A stretch of 64,000 nucleotides of DNA, taken from Gemmatimonadales bacterium (lineage in GTDB: Bacteria; Gemmatimonadota; Gemmatimonadetes; Gemmatimonadales; GWC2-71-9). Every line of letters starts with the position of its first letter. The stretch's first letter is position 1. The notes below the pieces were generated by a model that saw only the letters and a list, made by a program, of their open reading frames with translations, ran no database searches and had not been told where the DNA came from. Positions 9,151 through 17,652 of this stretch are shown here, piece by piece. The stretch spans positions 29,571 to 93,570 of the forward strand of contig DASWHL010000050.1 of NCBI GenBank assembly GCA_036398175.1, written 5' to 3'. The translations under genes and the position numbers were made by a program.

Positions 9151-9222
9151 TTGCCCCCCCAGGATTCGAACCTGGATTCCCGGAGCCAAAGTCCGGTGTC
9201 CTAGCCATTGGACGAGAGGGCA
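9151..9222 (-). tRNA. tRNA-Gln (anticodon UUG)
   Basis: Folded by hand. Acceptor UGCCCUC/GGGGGCA (U1-A72, one G-U pair). D stem GUCC/GGAC. Anticodon stem CCGGA/UCCGG with loop CUUUGGC. T arm CCAGG-UUCGAAU-CCUGG. Discriminator A. No encoded CCA. Confidence 0.9.
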
Positions 9223-9261
9223 GGGAGCTTGACGCTTCAATCTAAGGTCGGATGGGGGAAT

Positions 9262-9346
9262 CGTGAAACGTGAAACGTGAAACGTGAAACGTGGCTACCC
9301 CCCGGCACGCGTTTCACGTCTCACGGTTCACGTATCGCGTGTCACG
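9262..9346. repeat. heptamer array CGTGAAA x4 facing inverted degenerate TNTCACG x5
   Basis: CGTGAAA at 9262, 9269, 9276 and 9283. After a 22-nt spacer come TTTCACG, TCTCACG, GTTCACG, TATCGCG and TGTCACG (9312-9346). The right arm overlaps the last codons of ispE. Confidence 0.85.
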
Positions 9347-10272
9347 ACCTCCACTCCCGGCACCGCGCGCGTGGCCGTCCCGATCAGCCGCCAGTCCCGT
9401 TCCCCCAGCTCCGCCGCCGCGCCGTCGCGGTCGGCCGCGTTGCGGTAGATGGCGATCAGGGCCGAGCCGGATCCCGACAGGCGTGCGAGCAGCGGGCGGG
9501 TCAGGCACAGCCGCTCGAAGAGGTCGCGCAAGGCCGGTTCCTTGCCGAACACGGGCATCTCGAAGTCGTTGCCGCCGAGCCGCGCGATCCCGCCCCACGT
9601 GGTGAGCGCGTCGTGCTCGAGCACCACCGCGCCCCGGCCCTGTGACCAGTCGCGCCCCTGGCTCAGCAGCTCGTAGGCCTTGCCCGTGTTGATCCCGAAG
9701 GACGGCACGACCAGCAGAACAGGCGCGGACGGCGGCGGCGGGAGGCGGAACATCCGTTCGCCATGCCCCCACGCGAGCGCAAAGGGCGCTCCCGACGCGA
9801 GAAACGGCACGTCGCTGCCGAGCCGCGCCGCCATCTGGAGGATCTCGTGCCGCGGGACCGCGTTCCCGGCGAGCGCGTTCACCGCGTGCAGCGCCGCGGC
9901 CCCGTCCGCCGAGCCGCCGCCCAGCCCCGCGCCCACCGGGATGTGCTTGACGAGGTGCAACCGCACCCCGAATCGCCGGTTGGTGGCGTCGAGCACCATG
10001 GCTGCGGCCCGGTAGGCCAGATTGGATTCGACCGCGCCCGTGTCCGAGCCCTCGACCGCCAGCGCGATCCCGCGCTCGACGCGGTCCACCGTGAGGTCGT
10101 CCGCCAGCTCGAGCAGCGTGAACAGCGTTTCCAGCGCGTGATACCCGGTGGACTCCCGCGCCAGGATGCGGAGCAGGAGGTTGGCCTTGGCCCGCGCCCG
10201 AGCGACGACACGATCGGGGGAAGGAGGGCCAGAGGAATCCCGGGATTGCCCAAGCGGATCGCTGGCGCTCAC
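9328..10272 (-). CDS. ispE: 4-diphosphocytidyl-2-C-methyl-D-erythritol kinase
   Basis: RARAKANLLLRIL, HLVKHIPVGAGLGGGSADGAAAL (GHMP kinase motif). GTG start at 10272, inside the 8-mer array. Confidence 0.9.
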   Translation of the reverse strand: MSASDPLGQSRDSSGPPSPDRVVARARAKANLLLRILARESTGYHALETLFTLLELADDLTVDRVERGIALAVEGSDTGAVESNLAYRAAAMVLDATNRRFGVRLHLVKHIPVGAGLGGGSADGAAALHAVNALAGNAVPRHEILQMAARLGSDVPFLASGAPFALAWGHGERMFRLPPPPSAPVLLVVPSFGINTGKAYELLSQGRDWSQGRGAVVLEHDALTTWGGIARLGGNDFEMPVFGKEPALRDLFERLCLTRPLLARLSGSGSALIAIYRNAADRDGAAAELGERDWRLIGTATRAVPGVEVVTRDT

Positions 10273-10353
10273 GCCTTCACGTCCTCACGTCCTCACGTCC
10301 TCACGTCCTCCCGTCGCTCCCGTCGCTCCCGTCGCTCCCGTCGTTCCCGCCGC
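10269..10353. repeat. adjacent tandem arrays: TCACGTCC x5 (8-mer) then TCCCGTCGC x5 (9-mer)
   Basis: 8-mers at 10269 (degenerate), 10277, 10285, 10293 and 10301. 9-mers at 10309, 10318, 10327, 10336 and 10345 (the last two degenerate). Confidence 0.9.
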
Positions 10354-11370
10354 GCCCCTCAGATCCCGCATATGCAGATTCGCCCGCCACAGGGACCACA
10401 ACCCCAGCAGCGTGATCGGCAGAAACCCGGTGATGTGATACCCGATGGCGAGGGACACCGCGGAGGACGCCGCGACGCCGTACAACGCCAGCGACGCGCG
10501 CGTGACGCCCTCGAACACGCCGAAGAAGCCGGGCGTGGACGGCACCGCCACGCCGAATGCCAGGAGCCCCTGGAGCACGAGCGCCGTCCCCCAGGGCAGC
10601 GACAGGCCGAACGCGACGAACGCGAGCGCGAACGACGCCGCGTTGGTGAGCCACAGGATCAGCGACCAGAACAGCACGGCGCCCAGTCGGCCGGGGGCCC
10701 GCAGCGCGGAGAGGCCATCGAGGATGCCGTCCACCATGCCGAGCATCCGGTCCGCCCATCGCGCGGGCAGCAGACGCTGGAGCGCGGCGTGCGCGAGTCG
10801 CCGCGTGAGCGCGGGTTGCCAGACCACGGCGACCGCGACGACGAACACCGAGCCGAACAGCACGGCGCCGCCCAGCGCGATGCGGCTCAAGGGCATGCCC
10901 TGGACGGTGGCGGCCGTGGTGAATCCGCCCGCCAAGAAGCCCACCACGAGAAGGCCCACGAGGAAGAGCCCGTCGAATACCCGCTCGACGGCCACCGACG
11001 CCAGGGCGGTGGTGAACCGTACGCCCGTCAGGGACCGCGCCGCGTAGGCCCGCGCCACCTCACCCGCCCGCGCGGGCAGGAGGTTGTTGGCCATGAACCC
11101 GATGGCGGTGGCGTGCCACAGGGGTCCAACGGGCAGCACGGCTCCCTGGTCCCGCAGCAGATAGCGCCAGCGGATGGTGCGGAGCGGGAACGTGAGCGTG
11201 GCGCCCGCCGCGGCGGCCATCAGCCAGCCGAGCCGCGCGCTCCGGATCTCGTGCCAGACCTCGCGGAGCGACACGTCGTGCAGCGCCCACCAGAGCAGCA
11301 GGATCGAGATGACGAGCCCGACCGCGGCCGGGAGATGTGAGCGGCGACTACGCGGCGTCGGCGGCGCCAA
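10285..11370 (-). CDS. UPF0104 / lysylphosphatidylglycerol-synthase-TM-region-like membrane protein
   Basis: 361 aa, polytopic; LLLWWALHDVSLREVWHEIRSARLGWL..., typical of flippase-like UPF0104 proteins. The C-terminal tail GATGATGATG is encoded by the 9-mer array. TTG start overlaps the upstream gene by 23 nt. Confidence 0.75.
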   Translation of the reverse strand: MAPPTPRSRRSHLPAAVGLVISILLLWWALHDVSLREVWHEIRSARLGWLMAAAAGATLTFPLRTIRWRYLLRDQGAVLPVGPLWHATAIGFMANNLLPARAGEVARAYAARSLTGVRFTTALASVAVERVFDGLFLVGLLVVGFLAGGFTTAATVQGMPLSRIALGGAVLFGSVFVVAVAVVWQPALTRRLAHAALQRLLPARWADRMLGMVDGILDGLSALRAPGRLGAVLFWSLILWLTNAASFALAFVAFGLSLPWGTALVLQGLLAFGVAVPSTPGFFGVFEGVTRASLALYGVAASSAVSLAIGYHITGFLPITLLGLWSLWRANLHMRDLRGAAGTTGATGATGATGGREDVRT

Positions 11371-12997
11371 GGCGGACGAGATCGAAAACCTCCTCGAGGA
11401 TCTCCTGGACGTCGCCGGCCGGGGCGCCGGCTGCGACGAGTTGCGTGACCTGCTCCCGCAGGCTCAGAACCCGGTCGAGCGCGCGCTTCCCGGAGTAGCA
11501 GAGGGTCGTGATGGAGACGGGGTCCGCCGCGGCGGGCGCGACGGGCGCGACGGGCGCGACAGCACGCGTTTCCGGCGGTCCGGCCACCAGCTCGTCGAGC
11601 GACGGGGAGCCCAGACCCACCGTGTCGAGCAGCCGGTGGTACCGCACCAGGCTGCCCACGAGATCCGGGGTTTCGTCGCCGGGCTCGGCGGCCACCGCGG
11701 CGGGCCGCGCGGCGGCGGGCGGGGCGGGCGTGGGACGGGGCGCCACGGGGGCCGGCGCCGGCCGAGGGGGCTCCGCCGGACCGACCGCGGCCGCCCCACC
11801 CGACAGCCGCGCGAGCTGCGCGGTGATCCGGTCGAGCGACTCGGGCCGTCCCGCCGCCACCGTCACACCGGCTTCCTGGATGGCGTGGCCGAGCGGCTCC
11901 CAGCTCCGGGTCACGACGTCGCCGGCAATGGCGTCCCGGCACGTCCGGGCAAAGGCGTGGACCTGCTGCTGGAGGTAGTCCGCGACGCCGTCCTCCAGCG
12001 CGCGGAGCGGCTCGACCAGGGCGAGGATACGGAGCTCGCGTTGCGCCGCGGTTGCGGCGCTCGCGATGCCGATGCCGACCTGTTTCAGGTGCTCGCCGAG
12101 GGCCGTCAGCTCCACCTCTCCGAGCCGCGGTCCGTGCGGGCCCGTCCGGGACTCGACGATCGGGGCCCCCCCGTCCGCATAGAGCTGTTCGATTGGTACG
12201 TCCGGACGCGCGAATCCGAGTGCCGCGCGGAGTGCCGCCGCGAACCGCCGGACCTCGTCGGCGTCCGGGTCCGCCTTGCCGCGGGTGGTGATGTCGCGCG
12301 TGGCGTTCGTGAGCGCCTTGGCGGCACTCCCCAGCAGCGCCCCGGGAGCCTCCAACGTCCCCGCGGAGCGCGCCACCAGCGCCGCCGCGCGTTCGATGCC
12401 GTCGAGCAGGTCGGGGAGCGGTGGGTACTCCGTGAGCGTGGCCAGGCCGCGGAGGGGCTGCATCTGGCGCAGCAACCCCTGGACGGGCTCCGTCAGGACC
12501 GGATTGTGGCCGATGGACTCCGCGACCCGGGCCAGGCTGCTCGCGAGCGCCGCGCCTTCCCGCGCCACGAACGCGCGCGTGCCCGCGTCGGGGGAAACCG
12601 CGCCCGAGACCCGGGGGGGCGTGACCGCGCGGCCGCCCGCCCGCTCGAGCGTTGCCGCCAGCTCCCGGGCCCGGGCGGTATCCGCGTCGGACCACTCCCG
12701 CGCGTGCCGGACAAACACCTTGAGGTCGTCCACGGTGCGGATGGCGAGCTGCCGGGTGCCCTCGTCCCACGCGTGCCGGCCCTCGCGGACCGCGCGCGCC
12801 AGGTGCTCGAACGAGCCGGCCGCGGCGGCGATGGGCTGCTGATTGGCCATGAGCGCGGCTCCGCGCAGGGCCCGGGTCAGGCGCTGGAGGTCCTCGCCGT
12901 TCGGCGGCCCGACCGCGGACACGAGGGCGTCGAGGCGTTCGAGATACTCGCCCGCCTCCATCGCGAAGAAGTCGGCCATGCCGTACTGTCGGTCCAT
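11348..12997 (-). CDS. hypothetical protein with HPt-like four-helix repeats lacking the phosphoacceptor His
   Basis: FFAMEAGEYLERLDALV...LTRALRGAALMANQQPIAAAAGSFEHLARAV resembles CheA-P1/HPt but has R where His is expected. Start set to ATG 12997 (RBS GAGGGG). The track start at 13012 is TTG. Confidence 0.6.
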   Translation of the reverse strand: MDRQYGMADFFAMEAGEYLERLDALVSAVGPPNGEDLQRLTRALRGAALMANQQPIAAAAGSFEHLARAVREGRHAWDEGTRQLAIRTVDDLKVFVRHAREWSDADTARARELAATLERAGGRAVTPPRVSGAVSPDAGTRAFVAREGAALASSLARVAESIGHNPVLTEPVQGLLRQMQPLRGLATLTEYPPLPDLLDGIERAAALVARSAGTLEAPGALLGSAAKALTNATRDITTRGKADPDADEVRRFAAALRAALGFARPDVPIEQLYADGGAPIVESRTGPHGPRLGEVELTALGEHLKQVGIGIASAATAAQRELRILALVEPLRALEDGVADYLQQQVHAFARTCRDAIAGDVVTRSWEPLGHAIQEAGVTVAAGRPESLDRITAQLARLSGGAAAVGPAEPPRPAPAPVAPRPTPAPPAAARPAAVAAEPGDETPDLVGSLVRYHRLLDTVGLGSPSLDELVAGPPETRAVAPVAPVAPAAADPVSITTLCYSGKRALDRVLSLREQVTQLVAAGAPAGDVQEILEEVFDLVRLGAADAA

Positions 12998-13024
12998 GCG
13001 CCCCTCGGCCAAACCCGAGCTAAG

Positions 13025-13771
13025 CTACGGTTCCGCCGAAGGTTGGTCAACGCGGGCGGCGTCCACGACCGCCCGCATTTCCGCCACGGCGCGTTCCATT
13101 CCCACGAAGATCGCCCGGCTCACGATGCTGTGACCGATGTTCAGCTCTTCGACCTCGGGCAGCCGGGTCACGGCGGCGACGTTCACGTAGTTGAGCCCGT
13201 GGCCGGCGTGCACCGCGAGGCCGGCGGCGCGCGCGTGCCGCGCCGCGTCGGCCAGCCGCTCGAGTTCACGGTCCGCGTTTGGAAACGCATGGCAATACCG
13301 GCCGGTGTGCAGCTCCACCGCGTGCGCCCCCAGCGCGGCGCTCCGGTCCACCACCGCGCGGTCGGGATCCACGAACAGGCTCACCCGGATGCCGGCGTGG
13401 GCCAGGCGCCGGACCGCGGCCCCGAGACGGCGGTCGGCGGCGGCGTCCTCCCCGAGCGGGAGCCCGCCCTCGGTGGTGATCTCGGCGCGCCGCTCGGGGA
13501 CGAGCGTGGCCTGGTGCGGCCGCAGCGCCACCGCGATGTCCAGGATGTCGTCGGCCGTGGCCAGCTCCAGGTTGAGCACGGTCCGGACGGCCGCCGCCAG
13601 GCGCTGCACGTCGTCGTCGTGGATATGACGCCGATCCTCGCGCAGGTGAACGGTGATCCCGTCCGCGCCCGCCCGCTCGCAGAGGGCCGCGGCCTCGACC
13701 GGATCGGGTTCGACCGTGCGGCGGGCCTGCCGCACGGTCGCCACGTGGTCAACATTGATGTACAGCCGCAT
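13025..13771 (-). CDS. pdxJ: pyridoxine 5'-phosphate synthase
   Basis: [17 protein letters not shown]...[14 protein letters not shown]...LNLE. Start moved to ATG 13771. Confidence 0.93.
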   Translation of the reverse strand: MRLYINVDHVATVRQARRTVEPDPVEAAALCERAGADGITVHLREDRRHIHDDDVQRLAAAVRTVLNLELATADDILDIAVALRPHQATLVPERRAEITTEGGLPLGEDAAADRRLGAAVRRLAHAGIRVSLFVDPDRAVVDRSAALGAHAVELHTGRYCHAFPNADRELERLADAARHARAAGLAVHAGHGLNYVNVAAVTRLPEVEELNIGHSIVSRAIFVGMERAVAEMRAVVDAARVDQPSAEP

Positions 13772-13826
13772 TTCGTGCTTGCCTCGCGTCGTGGAAGTTC
13801 TTACGTTGCGGCAACTCACCACCGGC

Positions 13827-14279
13827 GTGCGCCCTCACGTGACTATCACGCGCTCCGTTTTCCTGATCTCCATCCTCGCCAGCGCGGCCTGCGCGGGCAA
13901 GCGGACCGACCCGGCGCACCTGCCGTCGGAGCCGACGGCCGCCGTGCGCGAGTTCCTGGACGCGGTCAAGGCCAACGACCTCAAACGCATGGGGACCCTC
14001 TGGGGATCGAACCGGGGTCCCGCCAGCACCTGGATGAAAGGCGACGAACTCCAGAAGCGGTTGACGGTCATGCGGTCGGTGCTCGTCCACGACAGCGTCG
14101 CCATCGAGACCGGCTCCGCTCCCGGCGGCGCCCCGGAGGAGCGGGTGGTTCGGGTTCGACTGACGCGCAAGGGCTGCACGCCGGTGGTGCCGTTCACCGC
14201 GCGGCAGTATCGGGGCCGGTGGCTCGTGTCGTCCATTGATCTCCAGGCCGCGGGCAACCCGGCCAGGTCGTGCCCGTAG
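13827..14279 (+). CDS. lipoprotein, unknown function
   Basis: GTG 13827 (or 13839); signal and lipobox [15 protein letters not shown]. The remainder is soluble ([22 protein letters not shown]...). Confidence 0.6.
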   Translation: MRPHVTITRSVFLISILASAACAGKRTDPAHLPSEPTAAVREFLDAVKANDLKRMGTLWGSNRGPASTWMKGDELQKRLTVMRSVLVHDSVAIETGSAPGGAPEERVVRVRLTRKGCTPVVPFTARQYRGRWLVSSIDLQAAGNPARSCP

Positions 14280-14283
14280 GCGC

Positions 14284-14682
14284 CTACTCGGTCAGCTCGA
14301 GCAGAATGCCGGCCGTGGAAGTGGGGTGCAGAAACGCGATACGGCGCCCGCCGTGGCCGGTGCGTGGCCGCTCGTCCACGAGCCGGTAGCCCAGGGCGCG
14401 GCTGCGCGCGAGCGCCGCGTCGAGGTCGGGTACGCGCAGGCAGAGGTGGTGGATGCCGGGGCCGCGGCGGTCGAGGAACTTCGCGATGGGGCCGTCCGTT
14501 GTGACGGGAGCGAGCAGCTCCACCCGGGTCTCGCCAAAGGACAGCGCCACGATGGTCGCGCCGTCCACCACTTCCGGAGCGCTGGGGGTGAGGCCGAGCA
14601 CGTCCCGGTAGAAGGCGAGCGCGGCGTCGAGGTCGGGGACGGCGACGCCGATGTGGGCAATGGTGGAGCGGGGGAGGGACAT
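14284..14682 (-). CDS. mce: methylmalonyl-CoA epimerase (VOC superfamily)
   Basis: 132 aa; IAHIGVAVPDLDAALAFY...VELLAP...GPIAKFLDRRGPGIHHLCLRV...RIAFLHPTSTAGILLELTE. Confidence 0.85.
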   Translation of the reverse strand: MSLPRSTIAHIGVAVPDLDAALAFYRDVLGLTPSAPEVVDGATIVALSFGETRVELLAPVTTDGPIAKFLDRRGPGIHHLCLRVPDLDAALARSRALGYRLVDERPRTGHGGRRIAFLHPTSTAGILLELTE

Positions 14683-14759
14683 CGGCCTTCCTCATTGACA
14701 GGACAACGTTCCGTCGCGCACACGGTCGCGATGCGGAACTTAACGGGGAGAGGGCAGGC

Positions 14760-15086
14760 ATGGCAGGCACGACGCCGGTAACGGATGCGACGTTTGCGGA
14801 GGAGATCGAGGGACACAACGGACTGGCGATGGTGGACTTCTGGGCAACCTGGTGCGGGCCCTGTCAGATCATCGCCCCCCATGTCGAGGCCCTCGCGACC
14901 GAGTATGCCAACAAGGTGAAGGTCGCGAAACTCGACGTGGACCAGAGCCCGCAGACGCCGGTCCGGTTCGGCGTGCGCTCGATTCCGTCCGTGCTGTTCT
15001 TCAAGGGAGGGCGGCTCGTGGACACGGTCGTGGGCGCGGTCCCGAAGTCGCAGCTCGTGGATCGGATCGAGAAGCACCTGGGATGA
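14760..15086 (+). CDS. trxA: thioredoxin
   Basis: 108 aa; VDFWATWCGPCQIIAP...RSIPSVLFFKGG. Confidence 0.95.
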   Translation: MAGTTPVTDATFAEEIEGHNGLAMVDFWATWCGPCQIIAPHVEALATEYANKVKVAKLDVDQSPQTPVRFGVRSIPSVLFFKGGRLVDTVVGAVPKSQLVDRIEKHLG

Positions 15087-15119
15087 CGGAACGATGACGG
15101 CAGACCGGCGGACGCCCGC

Positions 15120-16136
15120 GTGCGACCCAGCTCGGCGATCCTGAGCGGCACGCCGGTCCGTCTCACGGACCTGCGGTTTCCCGCCGGCCGGGTCCTGATC
15201 CATCGGACCCGGCTCGCGTACGTCCACCTCGACAACCTCCTCAATTTCGCCAAGTTCGACCGCGACGGGCGGGTGGACGCCTATCTGGCGGCGTACCTGC
15301 CGGACGAGGTCGCCGTCGTTTTCTTCCGGAACGGTCAGGTGGTGACCGCCGTGGCCTTGAGTCACCGGGAACGCGCCGCCGTGCCTATCGCCACCGCCGT
15401 ACGGGAGATGCGAACGGAGTTCGAGCGCGGCGAAGTGGTCTTTGCCGAAGCGCCGGCCGAGCTGCTCACGTGGATGTACTGGGCGGGTGTGGCGCCGGTG
15501 CAGGCGCTCCCGGTGGACCGGCGCGAGCCCGCCAAGATCTTCACGCGGCTCCAGCGGGATCAATTCAGCGGGATCGTGGAGCTGATCGTGGACGGGCGCG
15601 TGAGCTACATCCGGCTCGAGGCGGGCCGGTTCACGACGGGCTACTTCGCCGAGAAGCCGGACGACGTGGCCGTGCCCGTGTGGATCGAACGGTTGCTGGC
15701 GCCCCACGCGGACGGGGCGTTGCCGTCGGTGGTGGTCGGGACGTTCCAGGCGGGCGCCGCGATCCCGGAGCAGGCGAGCCTGCCGCTGCTGGAGGCGGCG
15801 CGGGAGGTGTTCTGGCGGCTCGCGGAGCACGCCGAGCGCGAGGCGCCGCAGGCGGGCCTGAAGCGCGCCCTCAAGCTGCGGGACGCGGTGGCCGCGTCCC
15901 ATCCGCCGCTCGCGGCCGTGAGCGTGCCGCGTGACCAGCCGTTGACCGGCGACGTCATGACGCCGGAAGACGTCACGACGGGGCTCGCGCACTGGACGCG
16001 ACAACTGCTCGAGCAGCTGGAGGTCGTGGCCCCCGGGGCCGCGCCGGACGTGCTCCAGGCGGCCACCAAGGACCATCGGTTCCTGCTGCAGCGAGCCGGG
16101 TTCTACGGTCAGCTCCCCTGGACCGTGACCTGGTGA
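15120..16136 (+). CDS. hypothetical protein (possible PATAN/DUF4388-like modules)
   Basis: 338 aa; GTG start; FSGIVELIVDGRVSYIRLEAGRF pattern. No catalytic motif recognised. Its stop overlaps the rsmI start (GTGA). Confidence 0.55.
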   Translation: MRPSSAILSGTPVRLTDLRFPAGRVLIHRTRLAYVHLDNLLNFAKFDRDGRVDAYLAAYLPDEVAVVFFRNGQVVTAVALSHRERAAVPIATAVREMRTEFERGEVVFAEAPAELLTWMYWAGVAPVQALPVDRREPAKIFTRLQRDQFSGIVELIVDGRVSYIRLEAGRFTTGYFAEKPDDVAVPVWIERLLAPHADGALPSVVVGTFQAGAAIPEQASLPLLEAAREVFWRLAEHAEREAPQAGLKRALKLRDAVAASHPPLAAVSVPRDQPLTGDVMTPEDVTTGLAHWTRQLLEQLEVVAPGAAPDVLQAATKDHRFLLQRAGFYGQLPWTVTW

Positions 16137-16963
16137 GCGGCACCCTCTACGTCGTCGCCACCCCTCTCGGCAATCTCGGAGACCTCTCGCCGCGCGCCGC
16201 GGAAACGCTGCGGGCGGTGGCCCTCGTGGCGGCCGAGGACACGCGCCGGACGCGGCCCCTCCTCACGCACATCGGCGCCCGCGCCCGGCTGCGGAGCTAC
16301 CACGCGCATTCGGAGCCGGGACGGCGGGACGCGCTGCTGGCCGCCCTCGCGGACGGCCACGACGTGGCGCTCGTCACGGATGCCGGGACGCCCACCATCA
16401 GCGATCCGGGCGCCGACCTCGTGGCCGCCGCGCGCGCGGCCGGCGTTCCCGTCGTGGTCATCCCGGGGCCGTCCGCGGTCACGGCGGCCCTGAGCGGCGC
16501 CGGACTCCCGGCCGACCGCTACACGTTCCTGGGCTTCCTGCCACGCAAGGGGCCGGACCGCGCGGAGCGGCTGGCCGAGATCGCGACGAGTCGCGTGACC
16601 GTCGTGGTGTTCGAGGCGGCCAACCGGCTCGCGGATCTCCTGGCCGACCTCGCGGCCGCGGCGGGCGGCGCGCGCGAGGCCACCGTGGCGCGCGAGCTGA
16701 CCAAGCGCCACGAGGAGTTGCGCGCCGGAACCCTGCACGACCTCGCGGGTTACTACGCAGCACACGAGCCCCGCGGCGAGGTGACCGTCGTGGTCGCTGG
16801 TGCGCCGGCCCCGGTTTCTCAGCCCGCCAACGACGCCGCGCTCCTGGCCGAAGCCCGCCGCCTGCTCGCCCAGGGCATGACCCGTCGGGACGTGGCGCGC
16901 CGTCTCGCCGACGCCTTCGGGGTGTCCCGCAACGCCGCGTACGCGCTGGTGGCCTCCCTATGA
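16133..16963 (+). CDS. rsmI: 16S rRNA (cytidine1402-2'-O)-methyltransferase
   Basis: GTLYVVATPLGNLGDLSPRAAETLRAVALVAAEDTRRT...DAGTPTISDPG. Confidence 0.92.
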   Translation: MSGTLYVVATPLGNLGDLSPRAAETLRAVALVAAEDTRRTRPLLTHIGARARLRSYHAHSEPGRRDALLAALADGHDVALVTDAGTPTISDPGADLVAAARAAGVPVVVIPGPSAVTAALSGAGLPADRYTFLGFLPRKGPDRAERLAEIATSRVTVVVFEAANRLADLLADLAAAAGGAREATVARELTKRHEELRAGTLHDLAGYYAAHEPRGEVTVVVAGAPAPVSQPANDAALLAEARRLLAQGMTRRDVARRLADAFGVSRNAAYALVASL

Positions 16964-17652
16964 TGCGCACGCTTCGAGCTGCTCTCCTGCTGGCGGTCAC
17001 GGTGCCGATGGCGCCGCAGGGCCATGCCACGAGGGATCGTGGCGCCGCCGCGGACGCGCTCACCATTGGCCGGCTGCAATACGACGGCGGGGGCGACTGG
17101 TACGCGAATCCCTCCAGCCTCCCCAACCTGCTCGCCGCGATCCGCGCGGCCACGGCACTGCCCGTGGCGGAGCGCGAAGTGACCGTGACGCTCGACAGCC
17201 CCGCCCTCTGGGACGTGCCCTACCTCTACATGACGGGCCACGGCAACGTGCGGTTCACCGAGCGGGAGGTGCAGCTGCTGCGGCGGTACCTCGAGTCCGG
17301 CGGATTCCTGCACGCCGACGATAACTACGGCATGGACGAGTCGTTCCGCCGGGAGCTGGCGCGCGTGTTTCCGGATCGCCCGCTGGTGGACGTCCCGCTG
17401 GACCATCCCGTGTACCATCTCGTGCACGGATTCCCCGAGGGCCTGCCCAAGGTGCACGAGCACGACGGCGAGCCCGCGCAAGGCCTCGGCCTGTTCCTCG
17501 GGGATCGCCTGGCCGTGTTCTACTCCTACCAGTCCGACCTGGGCGACGGATGGGAGGACCCCGAGGTGCACGGGGATCCGCCGGCCGTGCGCGAGGCCGC
17601 GCTCGGGATGGGGGTGAACCTGTTCGCCTACGCCGTGGCCGCGGGACGATGA
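16960..17652 (+). CDS. DUF4159-like exported protein
   Basis: 230 aa; signal peptide; LQYDGGGDWYANPSSLPNL...PYLYMTGHGNVRFTEREVQLLRRYLESGGFLHADD. ATGA overlaps on both sides. Confidence 0.7.
   Translation: MMRTLRAALLLAVTVPMAPQGHATRDRGAAADALTIGRLQYDGGGDWYANPSSLPNLLAAIRAATALPVAEREVTVTLDSPALWDVPYLYMTGHGNVRFTEREVQLLRRYLESGGFLHADDNYGMDESFRRELARVFPDRPLVDVPLDHPVYHLVHGFPEGLPKVHEHDGEPAQGLGLFLGDRLAVFYSYQSDLGDGWEDPEVHGDPPAVREAALGMGVNLFAYAVAAGR

Noticed and set aside
8949-9245. 98-aa and 103-aa + strand ORFs, and a 68-aa minus ORF, across the 8898-9250 spacer.
   Set aside because: They overlap the tRNA-Gln gene or its flank, have no RBS and have implausible composition. The region is better explained as non-coding, with a 12-bp inverted repeat GCGTCGTTGACG / CGTCAACGACGC-like pair at about 8908 and 9070.
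9262-10353. Possible CRISPR arrays, given the many short direct repeats.
   Set aside because: The units are 7-16 bp and directly abutting with no unique spacers. No cas genes are present. This is not CRISPR architecture.
11174-14239. 1021-aa + strand ORF, and similar very long ORFs: 119-1150(+), 17903-19954(-), 18429-21224(-), 22707-24374(-), 23864-26416(-), 28776-30125(+), 33679-35769(-), 35625-37742(-), 52296-54908(+), 55928-57820(+) and 61173-63458(-).
   Set aside because: They are antisense or shadow frames of genes with clear motifs. The translations are Arg/Pro/Gly/His-rich with no recognisable domains. Long stop-free frames are expected in DNA of about 70% GC.
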